From the NCBI GenBank assembly GCA_043815345.1, contig JBDRJA010000131.1:1-48506 (forward strand): 48,506 nt of DNA. The letters run 5' to 3'. Shown here piece by piece: positions 36,732 to 47,800 of this stretch (positions are counted from its first letter, which is position 1; each line of letters opens with the position of its first letter). The position numbers and the translations under genes were made by a program. This DNA comes from Patescibacteria group bacterium (GTDB taxonomy: Bacteria; Patescibacteriota; Patescibacteriia; Patescibacteriales; CAYMCJ01). The notes beneath the pieces are model-generated. The model had not been told where the DNA came from and ran no database searches. It saw only the letters and a program-made list of their open reading frames with translations.

Positions 36732-37370
36732 TTAATATTTCAACAAGTCTACTCTCATATCTTTCAACGCTACATATACTTTAGCTAAAGGCAAACCAAT
36801 TACAGAATAAAAATCTCCTTCAATGCTTTCTATTAGAACTGCCCCCTTATTCATTAAACCATAAGCGCCAGCCATATCCATTGGCTCTCCGGTAGCTATA
36901 TAATTATCTATTTCTTCATCACTTAAATTTCTAAATTTAACTTTAGCCTCGCCATAATCATTAATTATTTTTCCACTCTTAGTATCAATCACCGCAAAAC
37001 CAGTAACCACACTATGTTCTTGGCCAGAAAAATTTCTTAATATATTTTTAGCATCTTCTTCGTCCTTGGGCTGACCAATAAACTTATTGTTAAAAATAGT
37101 GTCATTCGCACGTGCCCCATTTGTAGCGGGGCTTGCCGAAGGCAAAAACGCAAAAGTATCGGCTGATATAATTATAGCATCATCAAAATGTCTAGCCACA
37201 TCTTGCCCTTTACCCAGCGCTAAAAATTTACAAAGCTCAAAAGGGTCACTCTTGGCTTCCATATCCTCCTCATATTCACTTTCTCTAATTTCAAATTCTA
37301 GACCAATTTGCTCAAGCAATCTTTTTCTCCTTGGTGATTTAGAAGCTAAAACTATCTTTCTATCCTTCAT
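36732..37370 (-). CDS. maf: Maf-like nucleoside triphosphate pyrophosphatase (septum formation inhibitor family)
   Basis: IVLASKSPRRKRLLEQIG, ISADT, GQPKDEEDA, GAYGLMNKGAVLIESIEGDFYSVIGLP. Confidence 0.85.
   Translation of the reverse strand: MKDRKIVLASKSPRRKRLLEQIGLEFEIRESEYEEDMEAKSDPFELCKFLALGKGQDVARHFDDAIIISADTFAFLPSASPATNGARANDTIFNNKFIGQPKDEEDAKNILRNFSGQEHSVVTGFAVIDTKSGKIINDYGEAKVKFRNLSDEEIDNYIATGEPMDMAGAYGLMNKGAVLIESIEGDFYSVIGLPLAKVYVALKDMRVDLLKY
37104..37160. repeat. GC-rich palindromic patch lying in frame inside maf (about 57 nt)
   Basis: Hairpins GCCCC(37113-17)/GGGGC(37128-32) and TTGCC(37133-37)/GGCAA(37141-45). Flanked by GACACT/GATACT on the coding strand. Encodes ...LPSASPATNGARAND..., absent from the Maf sequences I recall. 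Confidence 0.5.
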
Positions 37371-37394
37371 AATAAAAAATTCTAAATTACAATC

Positions 37395-37439
37395 TCTAAT
37401 TTCTAAAAATTAATTAGAAATTATAATTTAGAAATTAGA
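37395..37439. repeat. 13-bp perfect inverted repeat in the gatA-maf intergenic region
   Basis: TCTAATTTCTAAA (37395-37407) is the reverse complement of TTTAGAAATTAGA (37427-37439), with a 19-nt loop. AT-only stem. Confidence 0.6.
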
Positions 37440-37442
37440 AAT

Positions 37443-38921
37443 TTAAATACCCGCCCTCTCCTCATGCCACTTTGTCGCTTCTTGATACTGATGTCCGATT
37501 CTAAATAACATCCCTTCATCAAACCGCTTACCAACTAATTGCATTCCGACAGGTAAACCATCCGCAAAACCACTCGGCACGGAAATGGCCGGCAAACCGG
37601 CTAACGAGGCCGGCGCCACATATAAATCTTCTAAATACATTTTTATAGGATCATCAACCTGCTCGCCGATTTTAAAAGCTGTGTCTGGCTGGGTAGGCAA
37701 AACTATCGCGTCTAATTTTTCCAATTCTTGGTCCAGCTCCTGCCTGATTATTGTTCTAACTTTCTGCGCCTGTAAATAATAAGCGTCGTAGTAGCCAGCG
37801 CTTAAGGCATAAGTACCGATCATAATTCTTCGCTTCGCTTCAGGCCCAAAACCCTTGCCTCTTGTTTTAAAATAAACATCTTTTAAATTCATAGCTCCCT
37901 CTCCTTGAGAAGGAGAGAGTTGGGGTGAGGTAGACAATCCATATTTTATTCCATCAAACCTAGCTAAATTAGAACTTATTTCTGAAGGAGTCACAATATA
38001 ATAAACCGGAATGCCATATTTAGCGTGCGGTAATTTAATCGGTACAATTTTTACTCCTAACTCTTTTAATTTTAAAACAGCCTGACTAAATATATTCTTC
38101 ACTTCCTCATCAGCATCTTTAAAAAATTCCTCTGGCAGGCCTAATTTCAAACCTTTAATATCTTTATTAAGTTCTGTTATATAATTAGGCACTTTTACTT
38201 CAGGGGTAGTTGCGTCATTTTTATCATGCCCAGCAATTGCCTTTTCTACAATCGCCGCGTCTTCTACGGTTTTAGTTATTGGTCCGGGGGTATCTGTCGA
38301 AGAACACATGGAAATAAGGCCAAATCTTGAATTCCGGCCATAAGTTGCCTTAAGCCCGGTTACTGAACAGAAACTAGCCGGGCACCTAATTGAACCGCCC
38401 GTGTCAGTGCCAATAGAAAAAAGACACATATCCGCCGCCACTGCTGCGGCCGGCCCAGAAGAAGAACCGCCAGCCACTTTTTCTAAATCCCATGGATTAC
38501 GGGTTGGCCCAAAAGCCGAATTTTCGCCAGATGCGCCATGCGCAAATTCGTCGCAATTTAATTTACCTAATAAAACAGCTCCAGCCTCTTTTAATTTTTT
38601 AATAACCGTAGCATCAAACGGGGCAGTATAATTTTCTAAAATTTTAGAGCCGGCTGTAGTCCGAATTCCCTTTGTCATTATCACGTCTTTAGCCGCAAAA
38701 GGAATTCCTAATAAATCTCCTTTTTCTTCTTTGCTAATACGTATATCAGCCTGTTTGGCAGAATCTAAAGCCTCTTTTTCACACACTGCTAAAAAAGCAT
38801 TGAGTTTCTTGTTAATTTGTTTTATTCTATCTAAATAAGCCTTGGTTAATTCTACGGAGGATATCTCTTTTTTTTGCAGTAATTCAGAGGCTTTTCTTAT
38901 TGTTAATTTATTTAATTCCAT
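37443..38921 (-). CDS. gatA: Glutamyl-tRNA(Gln)/aspartyl-tRNA(Asn) amidotransferase subunit A
   Basis: Amidase signature GGSSSGPAAAVAA, GTDTGGSIRCPASFC, and the typical N-terminus LTIRKASELLQKKEISSVELTKAYLDRI. Confidence 0.93.
   Translation of the reverse strand: MELNKLTIRKASELLQKKEISSVELTKAYLDRIKQINKKLNAFLAVCEKEALDSAKQADIRISKEEKGDLLGIPFAAKDVIMTKGIRTTAGSKILENYTAPFDATVIKKLKEAGAVLLGKLNCDEFAHGASGENSAFGPTRNPWDLEKVAGGSSSGPAAAVAADMCLFSIGTDTGGSIRCPASFCSVTGLKATYGRNSRFGLISMCSSTDTPGPITKTVEDAAIVEKAIAGHDKNDATTPEVKVPNYITELNKDIKGLKLGLPEEFFKDADEEVKNIFSQAVLKLKELGVKIVPIKLPHAKYGIPVYYIVTPSEISSNLARFDGIKYGLSTSPQLSPSQGEGAMNLKDVYFKTRGKGFGPEAKRRIMIGTYALSAGYYDAYYLQAQKVRTIIRQELDQELEKLDAIVLPTQPDTAFKIGEQVDDPIKMYLEDLYVAPASLAGLPAISVPSGFADGLPVGMQLVGKRFDEGMLFRIGHQYQEATKWHEERAGI
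37893..37935. repeat. GC-rich hairpin patch lying in frame inside gatA
   Basis: Perfect stem CTCTCCTT (37899-37906) / AAGGAGAG (37910-37917) with loop GAG, followed by GGGGTGAGG. Encodes SPQLSPSQGEGA. Confidence 0.45.
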
Positions 38922-38938
38922 AATTCTAAATTCTAAAA

Positions 38939-39232
38939 TTACTCTAACACCCTCCTCACCTTAACCTGCCCATTTTCCAATTCCGGTGCTTCCCTCAAAG
39001 CCGCCTGTCTTTCTTTATCATCCCAATCTTCCACCACATCCTCTCGCATTACATTTTCCAAACCTGTTACTTGCGCCGTTGGCTCCACTCCAGTTACATC
39101 TACCTCCTGCAATTGACTTACATAATTTAAAATATCCGACAGTTGGCTGCCGTACTTTTTTAGCTCTGCCTCGGTTAATTCAAGACGAGCTAAATTAGCT
39201 ATATGTTGAACTTGCGTCTTGGTTAGTTTCAT
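38939..39232 (-). CDS. gatC: Glutamyl-tRNA(Gln)/aspartyl-tRNA(Asn) amidotransferase subunit C
   Basis: 97 aa. VQHIANLARLELTEAELKKYGSQLSDILNYVSQLQEVDV is a typical GatC sequence. Directly upstream of gatA. Confidence 0.9.
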   Translation of the reverse strand: MKLTKTQVQHIANLARLELTEAELKKYGSQLSDILNYVSQLQEVDVTGVEPTAQVTGLENVMREDVVEDWDDKERQAALREAPELENGQVKVRRVLE

Positions 39233-39272
39233 ATATAATATTACAAATTACAAATTATTACTAATATACAAA

Positions 39273-39674
39273 TTATTCTTTTAAATTATTTGGATTAAAA
39301 ATTCTAAATATCTTAACCCCTTTTGAAGTGAAATGGGCTAAAATTGCGAGCTTCATGCCGGTCACTGCCAAATAACTCTTAATCTGCTCAATATTACTTT
39401 TTGAAAAATGATCACCTCTTTTCAACTCAAGCACAATTTTATTATCTACTATAAAATCCATATAATTTCTGCCAACAACTTCCTTGCGAAAAATTATTTT
39501 GTACGGTGCTTGCCTTACGTATTTTATTTGATAGTCTATAAAACATTTTTCTATGGCTTTTTCATAATGTTTTTCTAAATATCCGTAGCCAAGAGAATTA
39601 TATACTTCGTATAGTATTCCTACAATTCTATAACTTAACTCTTTATAAATAACTTTCCCTCCCCCTTGCTTCAT
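39273..39674 (-). CDS. GxxExxY protein (PD-(D/E)XK nuclease-like small protein family)
   Basis: 133 aa. Eponymous motif GYLEKHY (G-x-x-E-x-x-Y), then DFIVDNKIVLELK (D...ExK). Confidence 0.75.
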   Translation of the reverse strand: MKQGGGKVIYKELSYRIVGILYEVYNSLGYGYLEKHYEKAIEKCFIDYQIKYVRQAPYKIIFRKEVVGRNYMDFIVDNKIVLELKRGDHFSKSNIEQIKSYLAVTGMKLAILAHFTSKGVKIFRIFNPNNLKE

Positions 39675-39678
39675 ATAA

Positions 39679-39759
39679 ATTTGTGTAATTTGTATTTATT
39701 TGTAATTTGTAATCTTCTAAAATATTTGTGTAATTTGTATTTATTTGTAATTTGTAATC

Positions 39760-39761
<2 letters not shown>
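39679..39761. repeat. Two identical tandem copies of a 38-bp AT-rich repeat (7-nt spacer), same family as 35005-35042
   Basis: ATTTGTGTAATTTGTATTTATTTGTAATTTGTAATCTT at 39679-39716 and 39724-39761. A partial third copy (TTTGTAATCTT) follows inside the ligA 3' end. A 16-nt inverted partial copy lies at 39240-39255. Confidence 0.9.
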
Positions 39762-41958
<2,197 letters not shown>

Positions 41959-42033
41959 TTAAATCACAATGAATAACTTGCCTTAATTTAGGCAGAAGCT
42001 GTAAACTTCCTTGCCTTTTAATAAAAAGGGTAT

Positions 42034-42477
42034 TTATTGACAATCTGGATTAATGCTTCCCTGGAAACAATATTCTATTTCCACAGTTCTCTTTACATTA
42101 ATAAACTGCCCAGTTGAAGTAAAGCAAACATCAAGATCGCAAGCCTCTTCATTCTTAACCTTATAGCCGGAACCATTGCTTAAACTTTCAAAAAAAATAG
42201 TATTGCAATCAACACAAGTTGGAGTCGTAAAATCTACGCAGAAACCAGCGCATTCGCTAATATCAAACATATTTTTTCTCACCTCCCATAATATCCTCTC
42301 CGCGCCCGCTTCTGCGGCAAAATATGCTTTTGTAGAAACTGCCTGCGTACCGCTCATCTTAATTCCTGAAAAAACTAAACTAGCCGCCCCTAAGGCAACT
42401 ACTAAAATGCTTGTTAATATTAATAAGGTCATCAACAACGCGGTGCCATTAATATTTTTTTTATAAGTCTTAAACAT
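42034..42477 (-). CDS. PilX-like minor pilin/pseudopilin-like protein, Cys-rich C-terminal domain
   Basis: N-terminus NINGTALLMTLLILTSILVVALGAA resembles the PilX_N hydrophobic segment (no Glu5). There are 9 Cys in the ~90-aa C-terminal part. Confidence 0.5.
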   Translation of the reverse strand: MFKTYKKNINGTALLMTLLILTSILVVALGAASLVFSGIKMSGTQAVSTKAYFAAEAGAERILWEVRKNMFDISECAGFCVDFTTPTCVDCNTIFFESLSNGSGYKVKNEEACDLDVCFTSTGQFINVKRTVEIEYCFQGSINPDCQ

Positions 42478-42536
42478 AAATTTAAAATTTCTGGTCCCTG
42501 AAACGTTTTTTGTACAACTAACAAAATAAGTTATTA

Positions 42537-42578
42537 GTAAAACTAGTAAAAAATAATCCTTTGCTTTACTAGTTTTAC
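42537..42578. repeat. Perfect 14-bp inverted repeat between two pilin-like genes
   Basis: GTAAAACTAGTAAA (42537-42550) is the reverse complement of TTTACTAGTTTTAC (42565-42578), with a 14-nt loop. Confidence 0.7.
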
Positions 42579-42659
42579 GTATTTTACTAATTTTACAAAG
42601 TGATAGAAAAGATCATCAAATAATAAAATATTATGCGGATTACAAATATCTCTATTCAC

Positions 42660-43286
42660 TTATTCGTAATACCTTGATGAAATTGTAGTTTGTATTTTCA
42701 TTTCCTGTTTATGCATCTCTTTTCTCATTGCTCTAGCTTCCATCATAATAGTAACGCTTGGCTGAATTTCATGAAACTCGTTCGCCTCATCATCTTCAAT
42801 ATAAAATAATAATTTTTCTAAATTTAAATCATCTGGCGTAATAAAGGCTGAATTAATATCCCTATCAACTTTAAGCCTTGATATGCCTGCATCATCTTCT
42901 AAATAATATCTAACGCAATCTCCATTTTTGTTTTCAAAATAAAGTTCATCGCCAAAATTCGATGCCTCCATAGATTCACTAGTATTAAATACTTTAAAAG
43001 CGGTTGTTCCAACAGGGGAAAGGTCGCAGCTACTGCCTCCGTGTGCGCCTCTTGCCATTCTTATTTCCTTGGCCATAGTTTCAAAAGCGTACCTCATATT
43101 TTCCTGTATATTTTGGGCGGCGATTGAATTGCGCTGGCCCTCAACCACCATTGAAAAAATTTGGGTAGCGGAAAGCATCGTAACTGAAAACAAAGCCACC
43201 GCTACTAACATCTCTAATAAAGTCGCGCCTTTATTATTTTTTCTAATTTCTTTAAAAATATAATTCATATATGTTTTATGATCCAA
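42660..43286 (-). CDS. Prepilin-type N-terminal cleavage/methylation domain protein (PilW/GspJ-like minor pilin)
   Basis: KNNKG|ATLLEMLVAVALFSV is a class III signal with Glu at +5. The start may be the internal ATG at 43268. Confidence 0.7.
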   Translation of the reverse strand: MDHKTYMNYIFKEIRKNNKGATLLEMLVAVALFSVTMLSATQIFSMVVEGQRNSIAAQNIQENMRYAFETMAKEIRMARGAHGGSSCDLSPVGTTAFKVFNTSESMEASNFGDELYFENKNGDCVRYYLEDDAGISRLKVDRDINSAFITPDDLNLEKLLFYIEDDEANEFHEIQPSVTIMMEARAMRKEMHKQEMKIQTTISSRYYE

Positions 43287-43301
43287 GCTTTATGCTTCAT
43301 A

Positions 43302-43832
43302 TCACCGCCAATCATATAAAACAGTATCGGCAATATATTGATGAAACTGCCCTCTTTCTCCCCATTGTACAATGGAAGATACTGCTATGAAAGAATTGGT
43401 ATAATCATTAGTAGTTTCAATGATGCGGCTAAAATTAGTCTTTTCCCCTAAACCATGAACATAAAAATCATTATTTATTATTAATTCTGCGGCCGCATCG
43501 CTAATAATAACACCATCAGTTATCCCTATGAAATCAATGGTAAAAGTTTTAAAGTCATCTGGTTCAGCAATGCCAGTAAACACCCAGGGATTGCTCGGGT
43601 CAAGCCAACTCTTATCCCTCACATTCCTGGTTAACTCCAGGCCTTCTTGAGCTAATTGCGAGGCAATTAAATTATTTTTATTAATATATTGCACTTGCAC
43701 ATTTTGCACAATTAAAGATAGTACGCCAATTAAACCCATGGTAATAATAAAAATAGCTATTATAACCTCTAAAATACTAAAGCCGTAAATATTATCTAAT
43801 TTTAGATTTTTTTTTCTGCAAAATTTTAACAT
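43302..43832 (-). CDS. Prepilin-type N-terminal cleavage/methylation domain protein (PilV/GspI-like minor pilin)
   Basis: NIYG|FSILEVIIAIFIITMGLIG is a class III signal with Glu5. Confidence 0.7.
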   Translation of the reverse strand: MLKFCRKKNLKLDNIYGFSILEVIIAIFIITMGLIGVLSLIVQNVQVQYINKNNLIASQLAQEGLELTRNVRDKSWLDPSNPWVFTGIAEPDDFKTFTIDFIGITDGVIISDAAAELIINNDFYVHGLGEKTNFSRIIETTNDYTNSFIAVSSIVQWGERGQFHQYIADTVLYDWR

Positions 43833-43943
43833 TAAATTTAAGCTTTATTATTTAATAACTAATGCCACAACAGCCTTATCCGGCAACTATCTTTTCTTCA
43901 TAAAACCGTTTAAGAAACCACAGCTAGTATGGTATTTTGAGCT

Positions 43944-44486
43944 TTATTCACCATAATAAACTGTGCCCACTACATCAATTAAGCCAAAAAAATTTACCGT
44001 AACAATTTTACTTGAAATATTATCGGCTAACTCTATTTCGACGGTTCCACTATTATCATTGTTTATATAAGTTATCGGATCAGGAGGTAAAAATACTATG
44101 TCAACTAAAGTACCTATATTAATAGAATTTATTGTAATGCCCGCAGGCAAATCTACAACTTTACCGCCTAACTCCTCACTAGCTTCGCCTTCGTCATATT
44201 GATTATTAGCGTCAAGGTCAGCAAATACATAATAGTAGCTTTCCCCTTCACTAAAATGCGCTCCCCAGCCACCGTCTGGAATACTACCGTCATATTCAAC
44301 TGAGCCCAAGCTATTACTTTGAGCTAACCTTATGTCGCTGGCTACTTTTTGAGCGGTTATATTTAATTGCGAACGCTGGCTAGTAGCGCGATAGTTAACT
44401 AAAAATATTGCAGATAATAAACCGATAATCGATATGCTAACTAGTAATTCAATGAGGGTAAACCCCGCCGCTTTTTTACCCCGCAA
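43944..44486 (-). CDS. Type IV pilin / GspG-like (pseudo)pilin
   Basis: MRGKKAAG|FTLIELLVSISIIGLLSAI is the canonical prepilin leader if translation starts at TTG 44486, which has AAGGA 6 nt upstream. The track ORF to 44738 would give an implausible ~91-aa leader running through a GC-rich hairpin element. Confidence 0.75.
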   Translation of the reverse strand: MRGKKAAGFTLIELLVSISIIGLLSAIFLVNYRATSQRSQLNITAQKVASDIRLAQSNSLGSVEYDGSIPDGGWGAHFSEGESYYYVFADLDANNQYDEGEASEELGGKVVDLPAGITINSINIGTLVDIVFLPPDPITYINNDNSGTVEIELADNISSKIVTVNFFGLIDVVGTVYYGE

Positions 44487-44493
44487 AAAAAAT

Positions 44494-44560
44494 CCTTCTC
44501 GCCACTCTCCTTGCTCACCCTGTCCCCTTCGCGAAGGACGGGGCGAGGAATAGGGCGAAA
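44494..44560. repeat. GC-rich palindromic element in the pilin leader region
   Basis: 12-nt perfect palindrome CCTTCGCGAAGG (44526-44537), extended by CC/GG with an AC bulge. Flanked by CTCTCCTTG and CTCACCC motifs shared with the gatA patch. Confidence 0.55.
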
Positions 44561-44748
44561 AGATGCCTGCCTTTAAATACGAGAAGGTAAGATTAGCTTT
44601 CACCGCCTGTAGTCTAATTCCATTGGCAAGCAACGCCTTTCTATGGGGTTTACACATCCTGGTTTTAAATCTTCCTTCGTATTTATAAAAATTAGAGATA
44701 AATCCTTTTATATTCTTAATTATTCTAGATAATCCCATATGCTAAAGA

Positions 44749-44773
44749 AAGACGAGAGCCATCCCCTCGTCTT
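44749..44773 (-). terminator. Intrinsic terminator downstream of the 1145-aa protein gene
   Basis: Minus strand reads AAGACGAG-gggatggct-CTCGTCTT followed by TCTTT. An 8-bp GC-containing stem about 90 nt after the stop at 44862. Confidence 0.55.
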
Positions 44774-44861
44774 GTTTAAAATAACAAATTAGGCTTAATT
44801 TATTCTTGCAATTATCATCCTGCAATGTATTGAAAATAATATTTTAAAAATATTAAGAATA

Positions 44862-47800
44862 CTATTCCGCTTTAATTTCTTTCCATCGCGGCAATCTTAA
44901 CCGCGCCTCAAGCATGTACGTATTCTCGCAATAATAGCTATCTTCATCAGTAACTCTCAGGATAGCCTCTTTATTTTCTTCTGCCTTGAATTTAACAATC
45001 ATAGTTGAAGAGGCAAAAGTACCGTCTATAATTTCAATATTTTCAGGCGGATTATAGCTCCATGCCCAAATACAATTACTATCATTGTTTTCATCACTGC
45101 AAGCTACAGGCGCGGTCGGATCTTCAGCAAAGTATGTATTAGTAGTAGCTATAAATTTAACTTCTTCTTCTAAACTAATGCTCTTAGGCACCCAGGTAAA
45201 CTCTACATCAGGGAACTCATGGAGATAGGTGGTGAATGTCTTGCTATTACCATCATTATCTAAATCATCCGGATCATAAAACTGCACCCATTCTGATGAC
45301 ATATTGTATTTGTCCCAAACCTTAACCCACCAATAATATCCTTGATTATATTCAAGAGCTACATTCCTATAAATATTATTAGAAGGATAAAAACTAGTTG
45401 CCAAGCCATCAAGCTTGGGCGTTTTTAAAGGCAGTAAATTTCCAGAACCATCATTAATAGCATCTAGGTCTTCAATTAAATGATCTGCGCTATCAAAAAA
45501 TATTTGATAAGCAGTCTGAGGTTGATACGGGTCTTCTGGCTCATCAGGGTCATAAAAAGTCCAAAGTAATTGCGGATTTAGAGCGCCAAGAATTCCACAA
45601 GCGCAAGCATAATCGCAATTACCAGGATTAGCCATAGCATCGCCAGTAACTTCAGGCGCCGTATTTACATTTCCTACTACTTTATAATCATGCCCGGCGC
45701 ACCCCCCAACCTCATCATCAGCGCAATTAAAACTCATCCAGCCTACTCCAATATCAGCTATGTTATCACTATCAACATCAGCGCCATTCCAGGCCCAGCC
45801 GCTAAAATCACTAGTAGTAATATCAATTTTAACTCCTTTTCCATTCCATATCCCGACGCTGTCATCGCTCATTTTTAACCAGCCCTCATCTCCTAAAGTT
45901 AATATTTTCGCCCAGCCAGTCACGCTTCTCTTATTATAATCAGTCTCTCCATATTCATACTTTACGATTTGTTGAGGATCGCTGGGATAGGGTGGGTCAG
46001 GAGCAAAATCTATCCAACCTACATTAGAACTCCAAGCATAGCCGGAAAAAAAGCCGGTCGTAATATCAATATCAACATTATAATTATTATCAACACAGCT
46101 TCCGCCTACCGCCGAGCAATCGCTAGTATCGTCGCATATTATGCTTGAGTCATATTCGCAAACCAGGCACCAATAAACACACTCGCCCCCATTACTGGTA
46201 CAATCAGATCCTGCGCCGGCGCAGCTATAATTTATTGCCCTTTTCGTACTAGTATCCCGGCAGAGTTTATATTCATCTTTACCGCAGTCTTCTTGGCTAA
46301 AGCTAAACCAGCCAAAATTCTCGCTCCAAGCCCAGTTGGTTACATTACCGCTGCTAGCCATCTCTCCTAAGCCGCTATCATAACTATCTTCTACTTCGTC
46401 TGGTAAAAAAGCATAATTATATATTTCAACTTCGTCAATAAAGCCACTAAAAACACCCTGCGTTCCTTTGGCGTTATTAGGAGTACCGACCGTAAGATCA
46501 GTATAATCATCAGTGAAACTGGCGCTAGATTCATAAGCTGAATTATTAAGCACGCCGTTAATATAAACGGAAATTTTTCCTGTATCCTGATCAAAGGTGC
46601 ACATCACATAGGTAAATTTATCAGTAAATATTTTTCCGCTAATTACATTGGCTTGACTACTTAGTTCTTTTATACCGCATTGTATTTTTTCATCCGGCAT
46701 GATAAGCATATAAATACCCCGGCTTGAAGTTTGCGCTCCTGATGATATTATATAGCCATTATCAGTATGGTCATTAGGGTTTACCCAAGTTCCCCAGGAT
46801 ATGCTTTTGTCAGTAGGGTCTGATATTATGTTACCGCTAAAACTGCCAAAATCAACATAACTATTTTCTCCATCAAACTCTAAACAATCATCACTTACAC
46901 AGTCAATTTCATATTTCCAAGTTGGTCCATTAATTAGAGCTCCATCATTATTGTTCACCTCGTCGTCAGTTAATATTCCCGCTCCTTCGTTAAACTTCCA
47001 TTTCCCAACCAAGCGCGGCTTACTATCAAAATCAGCCCTAATTTCCTCATCGTCTAGGACATAATTATAAATTTTGACGTCGTCAACAAGACCATGGAAC
47101 GGATACGTGAAATCCGTCCGCGAACCAATGGTAACAGGACTATCCAAGGTAAAAATGCTAGCATTTGAACCTACATAAACTCCATTACTATAAAGTTTCC
47201 ATTCTGTTGCAGTTTGGACGAAAGTGGCGAAATGCCACTTGTTTACTAATAATCCAGTAATTTTTAATCCTTCTGGATTATTACCATTACTATTATGATA
47301 ACGCAAGCTAGCCGTACCATCCCCGTCATTAACAACATCAAACCCCTGCCAGTCGCTGCCATCGCCAAATATTACATTATCATTATTGCCTTGCCAAACA
47401 CCGCTGCCTGGCCTAAACCAAAATGACACCGTTCTGGTTGTGAGACCGCTAAAGCCGGGTATAGCCACATAGCCATCTACCCCGTCAAAACTCGCTACTT
47501 GCCCCATTATTTCGTCTTCAATAATATCTACTCCTCCGCTCGGTATTCCAGTATTGTTGTTAAAGCTTGAGTCAGTATAATCGCCGTCAAATTTCCAATA
47601 ACCCGAAGTAGCCTCAAATTCTTGACTATCCACTCCATAACTCTCTATCGGTGTACCTTCAGAAGGACAACCGATAATTTCTGCTTCTATGGGGTCAATA
47701 ACGCCATTTCCGTTAGTATCGCAATTCCTTGAACTAAAGCTTATCCAGCCAATTTCTTCATTCCAGGCCCAGCCGCGAAAATAATTATCTTGCTCTAAAT

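Noticed and set aside
46391-46594. 67-aa minus-strand ORF nested in the 1145-aa gene.
   Set aside because: It is an alternative frame of a strongly supported CDS with no independent evidence.
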